From Pseudidiomarina andamanensis (GTDB lineage: Bacteria > Pseudomonadota > Gammaproteobacteria > Enterobacterales > Alteromonadaceae): 32,000 nt of DNA. The stretch lies in contig NZ_CP032551.1 in assembly GCF_009734345.1 (NCBI RefSeq), forward strand, positions 2,130,001-2,162,000. The letters run 5' to 3'. Numbering within the stretch: the first letter of the stretch is position 1; each line of letters starts with the position of its first letter. This document shows, one piece after another, positions 1 to 6,825 of the stretch. The position numbers were made by a program, and so were the translations under genes. Under the pieces are notes generated by a model. That model saw only the letters and a list, made by a program, of their open reading frames with translations, was not told the origin of the DNA and did no database searches.

Positions 1-925
1 AGCGATTGGCACCACCGGCCGCGGCATTGGCCCAGCATACGAAGATAAAGTTGCACGTCGTGGCTTACGCGTCGGCGATTTATTCAACTTTGCGCGATTT
101 GAAGAAAAACTGCGCGAAGTGATCGAGTTCCATAACTTCACTCTAGTGAACTACTACAAAGTTGACCCAGTAAACGTTGAAGACGTACTGGCTTACTGCG
201 AAGACGTGGCGAAGCAATTAAAAGACATGGTGGCAGATATCCCTGCGTTGTTAGATGAAACTCGAAAAGCTGGCCAACACATCATGTTTGAGGGCGCACA
301 AGGCACCTTGTTGGATATCGATCACGGTACTTACCCATATGTAACCTCGTCAAACACTACGGCTGGCGGCGTATCTACCGGCGCTGGTTTTGGTCCTCGC
401 TACATTGATTACGTATTGGGTATCGTAAAAGCTTATACAACCCGTGTCGGTAGTGGGCCGTTCCCAACTGAACTTGAATGTGAAGTAGGGCAGCACTTGG
501 GTGTTAAAGGGCACGAGTTTGGCGCAACCACAGGTCGCAAACGTCGTACCGGTTGGTTTGATGCGGTAGCGGCGCGTCGCGCCGTGCAAATTAACTCAGT
601 AAGTGGCTTCTGCTTAACTAAACTTGATGTGTTAGACGGCCTCGAAGAATTGAAGATTTGTGTCGGCTACAAACTACCGAATGGCGAGGTGGTTGAATAT
701 CCACCAATGGCAGCAGAAGATTACGAAACGGTTGAGCCAGTATACGAGACGATGCCAGGTTGGAATGACAGTACTGTGGGTATTACACAGCACAAAGATT
801 TGCCGACCGCGGCGCTTGCGTATATAAAACGAATTGAAGTTTTAACTGGCGTGCCAGTGGATATTATTTCAACAGGTCCAGACCGCGGTGAGACGATTAT
901 TTTGCGCCATCCGTTCGCAAATTAA
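1..925 (+). CDS. purA: adenylosuccinate synthetase, C-terminal 307 codons (5' end lies upstream of the window)
   Basis: Frame 2 is open from base 2 to TAA 923-925. The translation [24 protein letters not shown]...[28 protein letters not shown]...[12 protein letters not shown] is colinear with E. coli PurA. The track ORF 119..925 merely starts at the first in-frame GTG. Confidence 0.95.
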   Translation, partial: AIGTTGRGIGPAYEDKVARRGLRVGDLFNFARFEEKLREVIEFHNFTLVNYYKVDPVNVEDVLAYCEDVAKQLKDMVADIPALLDETRKAGQHIMFEGAQGTLLDIDHGTYPYVTSSNTTAGGVSTGAGFGPRYIDYVLGIVKAYTTRVGSGPFPTELECEVGQHLGVKGHEFGATTGRKRRTGWFDAVAARRAVQINSVSGFCLTKLDVLDGLEELKICVGYKLPNGEVVEYPPMAAEDYETVEPVYETMPGWNDSTVGITQHKDLPTAALAYIKRIEVLTGVPVDIISTGPDRGETIILRHPFAN

Positions 926-965
926 CCAATCGAACCAAGAAAGCTAAAAAAATTGGTATTTACTA

Positions 966-994
966 TTGCATCATCAAAATCGATACAATAGAAT
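966..994 (+). promoter_or_regulatory. sigma70 promoter of the tRNA-tufB operon: -35 TTGCAT (966-971), 17-nt spacer, -10 TAGAAT (989-994), GC-rich discriminator GCGCTCC (995-1001), A/T-rich UP-like tract upstream (943-965)
   Basis: Hexamers and spacing read directly from the sequence. A GC-rich discriminator and an upstream A-tract are typical of stringently controlled stable-RNA promoters. The site lies 21 nt upstream of the first tRNA. Confidence 0.6.
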
Positions 995-1014
995 GCGCTC
1001 CACCTAACCGGGGT

Positions 1015-1090
<76 letters not shown>

Positions 1091-1107
1091 TTTTAAAATC
1101 TGGTTTT

Positions 1108-1192
1108 GGAGGGGTTCCCGAGCGGTCAAAGGGATCAGACTGTAAATCTGACGGCTCAGCCTTCGCAGGTTCGAATCCTGCCCCCTCCACCA
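1108..1192 (+). tRNA. tyrU: tRNA-Tyr (anticodon GUA), 85 nt with long variable arm, encoded CCA
   Basis: Acceptor GGAGGGG/CCCCTCC, anticodon loop CTGTAAA, long variable arm, T loop GGTTCGAATCC, 3' ACCA. Confidence 0.95.
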
Positions 1193-1258
1193 CTTTTTAG
1201 CATGGTCATGCGAATGCGGTGAGTCCAGAATGGTTTGAGGTGGCCCGATTCAAGGCAT

Positions 1259-1333
<75 letters not shown>

Positions 1334-1348
1334 AATAATCTGTATTGT

Positions 1349-1424
1349 GCTGATATAGCTCAGTTGGTAGAGCGCACCCTTGGTAAGGGTGAGGTCGGCG
1401 GTTCAAATCCGCCTATCAGCACCA
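1349..1424 (+). tRNA. thrT: tRNA-Thr (anticodon GGU), 76 nt, encoded CCA
   Basis: Acceptor GCTGATA/TATCAGC, anticodon stem CACCC/GGGTG with loop TTGGTAA, T loop GGTTCAAATCC, 3' ACCA. The order Thr-Tyr-Gly-Thr-tuf matches the E. coli thrU-tyrU-glyT-thrT-tufB operon. Confidence 0.95.
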
Positions 1425-1533
1425 CGCATCAGGCCAACTCTTCCCTTGTCTCGCTTATTTCGGCATAATCGCCGGCTAAAGATTTTCAATTGTTGGTGTT
1501 AAACCACCGTACGTTGTCCAAAAAGAGGCTGTC

Positions 1534-2718
1534 ATGGCAAAAGAAAAATTTGAACGTTCCAAACCGCACGTTAACGTCGGTACTATCGGCCACGTTGACC
1601 ACGGTAAAACTACTCTGACCGCTGCGATCACCACAGTATTGGCGAAAACCTACGGTGGTTCAGCACGTGCATTCGATCAAATCGATAACGCACCAGAAGA
1701 AAAAGCGCGTGGTATCACCATCGCAACTTCACACGTAGAGTACGATACTCCATCACGTCACTACGCACACGTAGACTGCCCAGGGCACGCTGACTATGTT
1801 AAAAACATGATCACCGGTGCTGCGCAGATGGACGGCGCTATCTTGGTAGTAGCTGCAACTGACGGCCCAATGCCACAAACGCGTGAGCACATCTTGTTGT
1901 CACGTCAGGTAGGCGTTCCATACATCATCGTTTTCATGAACAAATGTGACATGGTAGACGACGAAGAGTTGTTGGAATTGGTAGAGATGGAAGTACGTGA
2001 ACTTCTTTCTGAGTACGATTTCCCAGGCGACGATTTGCCAGTAATCCAAGGTTCAGCATTGAAAGCATTGGAAGGCGAAGAGAAGTGGGAAAAGAAAATC
2101 ATCGAATTGGCAGAAGCTTTGGATTCATACATCCCAGAGCCAGAGCGTGATATCGACAAGCCGTTCATCATGCCAATCGAAGACGTATTCTCAATCTCAG
2201 GCCGTGGTACAGTAGTAACTGGTCGTGTAGAGCGTGGTATCGTTCGCACTGGTGACGAAGTAGAAATCGTAGGTATCCAAGATACGACGAAGACGACTGT
2301 AACTGGTGTTGAAATGTTCCGTAAATTGCTTGACGAAGGTCGTGCAGGCGAGAACATCGGTGCCTTGTTGCGTGGTACTAAGCGTGACGAGATCCAACGT
2401 GGTCAAGTATTGGCGAAGCCAGGTTCAATCACGCCACACACTCAGTTTGAAGCTGAAGTGTACGTATTGACCAAAGAAGAAGGTGGTCGTCACACCCCAT
2501 TCTTCAAAGGCTACCGTCCACAGTTCTACTTCCGTACCACTGACGTAACTGGCGCAGTACAGTTACCAGAAGGCGTAGAAATGGTCATGCCAGGCGACAA
2601 CCTGAAGTTCGTAGTCGAACTGATTCACCCAATCGCAATGGACGAAGGTCTTCGTTTCGCGATTCGTGAAGGTGGTCGTACAGTAGGCGCAGGCGTTGTA
2701 TCTAAGATCATCGCTTAA
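1534..2718 (+). CDS. tufB: elongation factor Tu, copy following the tRNA cluster
   Basis: 394 aa starting [28 protein letters not shown], with G-domain motifs [13 protein letters not shown] and NKCD. The protein is identical to the second copy at 18493..19677. Confidence 0.98.
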   Translation: MAKEKFERSKPHVNVGTIGHVDHGKTTLTAAITTVLAKTYGGSARAFDQIDNAPEEKARGITIATSHVEYDTPSRHYAHVDCPGHADYVKNMITGAAQMDGAILVVAATDGPMPQTREHILLSRQVGVPYIIVFMNKCDMVDDEELLELVEMEVRELLSEYDFPGDDLPVIQGSALKALEGEEKWEKKIIELAEALDSYIPEPERDIDKPFIMPIEDVFSISGRGTVVTGRVERGIVRTGDEVEIVGIQDTTKTTVTGVEMFRKLLDEGRAGENIGALLRGTKRDEIQRGQVLAKPGSITPHTQFEAEVYVLTKEEGGRHTPFFKGYRPQFYFRTTDVTGAVQLPEGVEMVMPGDNLKFVVELIHPIAMDEGLRFAIREGGRTVGAGVVSKIIA

Positions 2719-2753
2719 TCGCCGCGGTATCCGTTAACGGATATTGATGAAAA

Positions 2754-2776
2754 GGGAGCTTCGGCTCCCTTTTTTA
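2754..2776 (+). terminator. rho-independent terminator after tufB: GGGAGC-TTCG-GCTCCC followed by T6
   Basis: 6-bp GC-rich stem with a TTCG tetraloop and a T-run, read directly. A copy-specific 16-nt perfect palindrome TATCCGTTAACGGATA (2728-2743) precedes it. Confidence 0.8.
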
Positions 2777-2785
2777 ATTGCAAAA

Positions 2786-2883
2786 GCGTTATTCGTTATT
2801 CGATCGCTGCGCTTGTCGTTATTCGTTAAAGCGAAACACCAATAACGAATAACCAATAACTAATAACGAGTAACGAATAACGC
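2786..2883 (+). repeat. heptad-palindrome element copy E1 (98 nt): left arm of TTATTCG units, loop AAAGCGAAACAC, right arm of six CGAATAA-like heptads (2839-2880)
   Basis: GCGTTATTCGTTATTCGATCGCTGCGCTTGTCGTTATTCGTT...CCAATAA CGAATAA CCAATAA CTAATAA CGAGTAA CGAATAA CGC. The ~17-nt termini are inverted repeats of each other. Related copies lie at 3038, 4075 and 19748. Confidence 0.9.
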
Positions 2884-2885
2884 CC

Positions 2886-2913
2886 TTGTTTTGCATGGTT
2901 TGATCGGTATAAT
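2886..2913 (+). promoter_or_regulatory. candidate promoter for tRNA-Trp/secE-nusG: -35 TTGTTT (2886-2891), 16-nt spacer, -10 TATAAT (2908-2913)
   Basis: Perfect -10 hexamer 36 nt upstream of tRNA-Trp. The -35 matches only 3 of 6 positions. Confidence 0.4.
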
Positions 2914-2948
2914 ACAGCGTCCGTTTCTGTCACATGTACAGAACCTGC

Positions 2949-3025
2949 AGGGGTGTAGTTCCAATTGGTAGAACAGCGGTCTCCAAAACCGACGGTTGGG
3001 GGTTCGAATCCCTCCACCCCTGCCA
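2949..3025 (+). tRNA. trpT: tRNA-Trp (anticodon CCA), 77 nt, encoded CCA
   Basis: Acceptor AGGGGTG/CACCCCT, anticodon loop CTCCAAA, T loop GGTTCGAATCC, 3' GCCA. A tRNA-Trp between tufB and secE is a common gammaproteobacterial arrangement. Confidence 0.95.
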
Positions 3026-3037
3026 AACAGATTAAAG

Positions 3038-3114
3038 GCGTTATTCGTTTGTCGATCGCTCCGCTTGTCGTTACTCGAAGTGGCGAATAACGAATAACGA
3101 ATAACGAGTAACGG
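3038..3114 (+). repeat. heptad-palindrome element copy E2 (77 nt): three perfect CGAATAA heptads plus CGAGTAA (3084-3111), followed by T5
   Basis: GCGTTATTCGTTTGTCGATCGCTCCGCTTGTCGTTACTCGAAGTGG CGAATAA CGAATAA CGAATAA CGAGTAA CGG. Shares the TCGATCGCT..GCTTGTCGTTA core with E1 and E4. Confidence 0.9.
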
Positions 3115-3135
3115 TTTTTCAAACAGGATTGAATA

Positions 3136-3516
3136 ATGAGTGCAAACACCGAAACGCAAAGCAGCTCACTCGACGGCTTAAAATGGATCGTCGCAATTGC
3201 CCTGCTCGCTGCTGCAGTACTGGGTAACTACTATTATGGTGACCAAGTGTCTGTGCTTTATCGCGCCATTGGCGTGGTACTTTTAGTTGTTATTGCGGGT
3301 GTGATTGCAGGTATGACTGGTAAAGGTCGCCAATTCCGCGAATTTGCCAAAGAAAGCCGCAAAGAGACGCGCCGCGTTGTATGGCCATCACGCCAAGAAG
3401 CAACGCAAACAACGTTGATTGTTGTTGTTGCTACCGCAATCGTTTCATTAATTCTGTGGGGCATGGATGCGATTTTAGTGCGCGTCGTAGGCTTCTTCAC
3501 TGGACTGGAGTTTTAA
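3136..3516 (+). CDS. secE: preprotein translocase subunit SecE
   Basis: 126 aa with three hydrophobic segments and the conserved C-terminal KE.R.V.WP...E segment (KETRRVVWPSRQE). Sits immediately upstream of nusG, with AGGA 7 nt before the ATG. Confidence 0.9.
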   Translation: MSANTETQSSSLDGLKWIVAIALLAAAVLGNYYYGDQVSVLYRAIGVVLLVVIAGVIAGMTGKGRQFREFAKESRKETRRVVWPSRQEATQTTLIVVVATAIVSLILWGMDAILVRVVGFFTGLEF

Positions 3517-3519
3517 TCA

Positions 3520-4065
3520 ATGACTGATCAAGTGAAAAAACGCTGGTACGTGGTTCAAGCATTCTCGGGTTTCGAGAAGCGCGTTGCTGATTCTTTGCGC
3601 GAGCATATCAAAATGCACGGCATGGAAGATAAATTCGGTGAAGTGTTAGTGCCTACCGAAGAAGTTGTTGAAATGAAAGCTGGTAAGCGTGCGAAAAGCG
3701 AACGTAAATTCTTCCCTGGCTATGTTCTTGTTGAAATGGCGATGGACGAAGATGCGTGGCATTTGGTGAAAAGTATTCCACGCGTATTGGGTTTCATTGG
3801 CGGTACGCAAGAGCGTCCAACACCAATTACTCAGAAAGAAGCAGATATTATTTTGAACCGTCTGCAAGAATCTGTTGATAAGCCGAAGCCGAAAACGTTG
3901 TTTGAGCCGGGTGAAGTGGTTCGCGTTAACGACGGCCCGTTTGCAGATTTCAATGGTACGGTTGAGAGCGTTGACTATGAGAAGAGCCGTTTGACTGTAT
4001 CGGTTTCTATTTTCGGTCGCGCAACGCCAGTCGAGCTAGAGTTCGGCCAGGTGGAAAAAGCTTAA
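3520..4065 (+). CDS. nusG: transcription termination/antitermination factor NusG
   Basis: 181 aa. [16 protein letters not shown] at the N-terminus (NGN domain), C-terminal KOW ([19 protein letters not shown]). Starts 3 nt after the secE stop. Confidence 0.95.
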   Translation: MTDQVKKRWYVVQAFSGFEKRVADSLREHIKMHGMEDKFGEVLVPTEEVVEMKAGKRAKSERKFFPGYVLVEMAMDEDAWHLVKSIPRVLGFIGGTQERPTPITQKEADIILNRLQESVDKPKPKTLFEPGEVVRVNDGPFADFNGTVESVDYEKSRLTVSVSIFGRATPVELEFGQVEKA

Positions 4066-4074
4066 GAGCGAAAA

Positions 4075-4155
4075 GCGTTACTGGTTATTCGTTGTTGGTT
4101 ATTCGCTAAAGCAAAACACTAGAGACGAATAACGAATAACGAATAACGAATAACC
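4075..4155 (+). repeat. heptad-palindrome element copy E3 (81 nt): four perfect CGAATAA heptads (4126-4153)
   Basis: GCGTTACTGGTTATTCGTTGTTGGTTATTCGCTAAAGCAAAACACTAGAGA (CGAATAA)x4 CC. The loop AAAGCAAAACAC is the same as in E4. Begins 9 nt after the nusG stop. Confidence 0.9.
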
Positions 4156-4175
4156 AATTCGCGTAAGCGAATGTG

Positions 4176-4204
4176 TTGCAATGAGGGGCGAATAGGACTA
4201 TAAT
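4176..4204 (+). promoter_or_regulatory. rplKA (L11 operon) promoter: -35 TTGCAA (4176-4181), 17-nt spacer, -10 TATAAT (4199-4204)
   Basis: Near-consensus hexamers with optimal spacing, 89 nt upstream of rplK. This is the position of PL11 in E. coli. The downstream leader (about 4210-4292) is where the L1 autoregulatory site would be expected. Confidence 0.6.
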
Positions 4205-4218
4205 TCGCCTCCTTTTTT
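4185..4218 (+). terminator. candidate rho-independent terminator for secE-nusG, overlapping the rplK promoter
   Basis: Stem GGGGCGAAT (4185-4193) pairs with ATTCGCCTC (4203-4211), including one G-U. 9-nt loop, then T6 (4213-4218). Confidence 0.45.
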
Positions 4219-4292
4219 ATATTGGGGAGCCGTTAGAGTAAGTCATCTCTTAGATTTACGAGGCGCTTGACCCACAACCAAGAGGCATAAAC

Positions 4293-4724
4293 ATGGCTAA
4301 GAAGTTAAAAGCTATCATCAAGTTGCAAGTAGCAGCTGGTGCAGCTAACCCGTCACCACCAGTTGGTCCAGCTTTGGGTCAGCACGGTGTGAACATCATG
4401 GAATTCTGTAAAGCGTTTAACGCTGCAACTGACCAACTTGAAAAAGGTGCGCCAGTTCCAGTAGAAATTAGCGTTTTCGAAGATCGTTCATTCACGTTCA
4501 TCACCAAAACTCCTCCAGCAGCATTCTTGTTGAAGAAAGCAGCCGGTATCAAGAGCGGTTCAGGCCGTCCTAACACTGAAAAAGTGGGTACTGTGACTCG
4601 TGCTCAGTTGGAAGAGATTGCGAAGGTTAAAGAGCCAGACTTAACAGCGGCTGACCTTGACGCAGCGGTACGTACTATTGCCGGCTCTGCTCGTGCAATG
4701 GGCCTGAATGTGGAGGGTCTATAA
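4293..4724 (+). CDS. rplK: 50S ribosomal protein L11
   Basis: 143 aa. [44 protein letters not shown] is the canonical L11 N-terminus. Confidence 0.98.
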   Translation: MAKKLKAIIKLQVAAGAANPSPPVGPALGQHGVNIMEFCKAFNAATDQLEKGAPVPVEISVFEDRSFTFITKTPPAAFLLKKAAGIKSGSGRPNTEKVGTVTRAQLEEIAKVKEPDLTAADLDAAVRTIAGSARAMGLNVEGL

Positions 4725-4725
4725 G

Positions 4726-5421
4726 ATGGCTAAGTTAAGCAAACGTGCACGTCTTATCCGTGAAAAAGTTGAAGCGCGTGATTACGAAATCAACGAAGCA
4801 ATCAACTTATTAAAAGAATTAGCTACTGCAAAATTCAAAGAAAGCGTTGATGTATCTGTAAACTTGGGTATCGACGCTCGTAAATCTGACCAAAACGTTC
4901 GTGGTGCAACTGTACTACCAAACGGCACTGGTCGTGACGTACGTGTAGCAGTTTTCACTAGCGGTGCTAACGCTGATAAAGCGAAAGAAGCTGGTGCAGA
5001 CTTGGTTGGTATGGAAGACTTAGCTGAACAAGTTAAGAAAGGCGAAATGAACTTTGACGTTGTTATCGCTTCTCCAGACGCTATGCGTGTTGTTGGTATG
5101 TTAGGTCAAATCTTAGGTCCACGTGGCTTAATGCCAAACCCTAAGACTGGTACCGTAACGCCAGACGTTGCAACTGCTGTTAAGAACGCTAAAGCAGGTC
5201 AGATTCGTTACCGTAACGATAAAGCGGGTATCATCCACGCGACAATCGGTAAAGTAGATTTTGACAACGATAAATTGAAAGAAAACCTTGAAGCGTTGTT
5301 GGCAGCTTTGAAAAAAGCGAAGCCATCTTCAGCTAAAGGTCAGTTTATCAAGAAAGTTAGCCTTTCAACCACTATGGGCGCTGGCGTAGCCATCGACCAA
5401 GGTACGTTGACTGTAGCATAA
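4726..5421 (+). CDS. rplA: 50S ribosomal protein L1
   Basis: [15 protein letters not shown]... begins at ATG 4726, 1 nt after the rplK stop. The track ORF start at 4708 adds 6 residues inside rplK and is rejected. Confidence 0.95.
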   Translation: MAKLSKRARLIREKVEARDYEINEAINLLKELATAKFKESVDVSVNLGIDARKSDQNVRGATVLPNGTGRDVRVAVFTSGANADKAKEAGADLVGMEDLAEQVKKGEMNFDVVIASPDAMRVVGMLGQILGPRGLMPNPKTGTVTPDVATAVKNAKAGQIRYRNDKAGIIHATIGKVDFDNDKLKENLEALLAALKKAKPSSAKGQFIKKVSLSTTMGAGVAIDQGTLTVA

Positions 5422-5657
5422 GGTTTTATGGGTTGGAGCTGTAGCTCCCGTCCAAGACCGCAGGTGTATCGCGGCTGACCTCTCGAGAGAGACTATTCAG
5501 CGACACTTAATTTCCTGCGCAGATGGTGATATCCGATCCAGACTCTCTGGGTAAGAGATTCACCGTGACAACGTGGTAGATGCAATAACGGTCTACCTAT
5601 GTGTAACGATCGGCCCAAAGTTCTTTGAACAGCGGGCCAAAAAAAGAGGTGATACTA
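5422..5657 (+). promoter_or_regulatory. rplJ (L10) leader region: likely site of the rplJL promoter and the L10/L12 autoregulatory leader structure
   Basis: 236-nt noncoding gap with several hairpins, for example GGAGC-TGTA-GCTCC (5434-5447) and GGTAGA...TCTACC (5575-5597). The position matches the E. coli L10 leader. I could not verify the covariation model by eye. Confidence 0.45.
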
Positions 5658-6176
5658 GTGGCACTAGGTTTAGCAGCAAAACAAGCAATCGTTAAAGAAG
5701 TTAACGATGTTGCTTCAAACGCTCTATCCGTCGCTGTTGCTGAGTATCGTGGTATGGAAGTTGCGGACATGACCCAACTTCGCCGTCAAGCTCGTGAGCA
5801 AGGCGTGTATCTGAAAGTTATTCGGAACACTCTAGCGAAGCGTGCATTCATTGACACGAAGTTTGAGGACATGGACTCAGCGTTAACAGGTCCTTTGATC
5901 TACGGTTTCTCTATCGACGCACCAGGTTCAGCTGCGCGTTTGTTCAAAGAGTTTGCCAAAGAGAACAAGCACCTGAAAGTTACTGCTCTATCAATTGGCT
6001 CAGGCCTGATGGGCGCAGATAAACTTGACGCTGTTGCTTCACTTCCGACTCGCGACGAAGCATTGGCGAAATTGCTCGCAACCTTCAAAGCGCCTGTTAG
6101 TAAGTTCGTTCGTACTATTAACGAAGTTCCTACTAAGTTTGTGCGTGTGTTGTCGGCAATTAAAGACGCTAAATAG
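5658..6176 (+). CDS. rplJ: 50S ribosomal protein L10
   Basis: GTG 5658 preceded by AAGAGG (5645-5650) gives (M)[15 protein letters not shown], colinear with the E. coli L10 N-terminus MALNLQDKQAIV. The track start at 5625 adds 11 non-conserved residues. Confidence 0.9.
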   Translation: MALGLAAKQAIVKEVNDVASNALSVAVAEYRGMEVADMTQLRRQAREQGVYLKVIRNTLAKRAFIDTKFEDMDSALTGPLIYGFSIDAPGSAARLFKEFAKENKHLKVTALSIGSGLMGADKLDAVASLPTRDEALAKLLATFKAPVSKFVRTINEVPTKFVRVLSAIKDAK

Positions 6177-6229
6177 AAGCGGTTTTTTTAACCATTTTTT
6201 TGTAATTTATAACCCAGGAGTTTAGAGTT

Positions 6230-6607
6230 ATGGCTCTTACTAAAGAAGATATTTTGAACGCGATCGCTGAAATGCCAGTTATGGAATTGGTTGAGTTGAT
6301 CGAAGCTGCAGAAGAAAAATTCGGTGTTGACGCTTCAGCTGCTGTTGCTGTTGCAGCTGGTCCAGCTGCTGCCGGCGCTGCTGCTGCAGAAGAGAAAACT
6401 GAATTTGACGTAGTATTGAAATCTGCTGGCGCTAACAAAGTAGCAGCTATCAAAGCAGTTCGCGGCGCAACTGGTCTTGGCTTGAAAGAAGCGAAAGACA
6501 TGGTTGAGTCTGCACCTGTTGCTGTTAAAGAAGGCATCAGCAAAGAAGACGCAGAAGCACTTGCTAAAGAATTGACTGAAGCTGGTGCGGAAGTTGAAGT
6601 TAAGTAA
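6230..6607 (+). CDS. rplL: 50S ribosomal protein L7/L12
   Basis: 125 aa. N-terminal dimerisation helix, Ala-rich hinge, C-terminal domain ...[24 protein letters not shown]... AGGAG lies upstream. Confidence 0.98.
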   Translation: MALTKEDILNAIAEMPVMELVELIEAAEEKFGVDASAAVAVAAGPAAAGAAAAEEKTEFDVVLKSAGANKVAAIKAVRGATGLGLKEAKDMVESAPVAVKEGISKEDAEALAKELTEAGAEVEVK

Positions 6608-6644
6608 GTTTAACAACTTGCATAACTTGGCCTTTTAGGCCTAG

Positions 6645-6675
6645 GGCTGGTGGCAATTTTGCTACCAGCCTTTTT
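6645..6675 (+). terminator. rplL-rpoB intergenic attenuator/terminator hairpin
   Basis: GGCTGGTGGC-AATTTT-GCTACCAGCC (10-bp stem with one G-U) followed by T5. E. coli has a partial terminator at the equivalent position between rplL and rpoB. Confidence 0.7.
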
Positions 6676-6825
6676 GCGCTGTAAAGCATGTATCATTTTT
6701 GCCCGTTATTGGGGTGCATGCTCGCGGTGACAAAAACGGGAACGACAAGCTTTAAGTAGTTTGTTTTTAACCATCGACTCCTACTCCGGTGGTTAGGGTC
6801 ATCAATCAGCTAGCTGAGGAACCCC

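Noticed and set aside
1193-1258. 66-nt spacer between tRNA-Tyr and tRNA-Gly as a possible extra small RNA or tRNA remnant
   Set aside because: I could not fold a cloverleaf or find a convincing hairpin. A longer spacer at this position also exists in the E. coli thrU-tyrU-glyT-thrT cluster.
1905-2406. Antisense ORFs inside tufB (150 and 69 aa), duplicated inside tufA at 18864..19365
   Set aside because: They appear twice only because tuf is duplicated. They are Ser/Thr-rich low-complexity translations of the antisense strand of a highly codon-biased gene.
2826-3159. Two overlapping minus-strand ORFs (107 and 99 aa) with odd repetitive peptides (VIRYSLF, LLVISYW)
   Set aside because: They span heptad elements E1 and E2 and tRNA-Trp. 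The repetitive peptide is just the heptad repeat read in shifting frames. There is no SD or coding signal.
2786-4155. Heptad-repeat clusters as a CRISPR array or coding tandem repeat
   Set aside because: The repeat unit is 7 nt with no spacers, there are no cas genes, and the arms are self-complementary. This is an intergenic palindromic element, not CRISPR and not protein-coding.
6169-6543. 124-aa minus-strand ORF and the 6335..6616 ORF
   Set aside because: They are antisense to rplL. The Ala-rich mirror of the L7/L12 hinge keeps the frame open. rplL itself is unambiguous.
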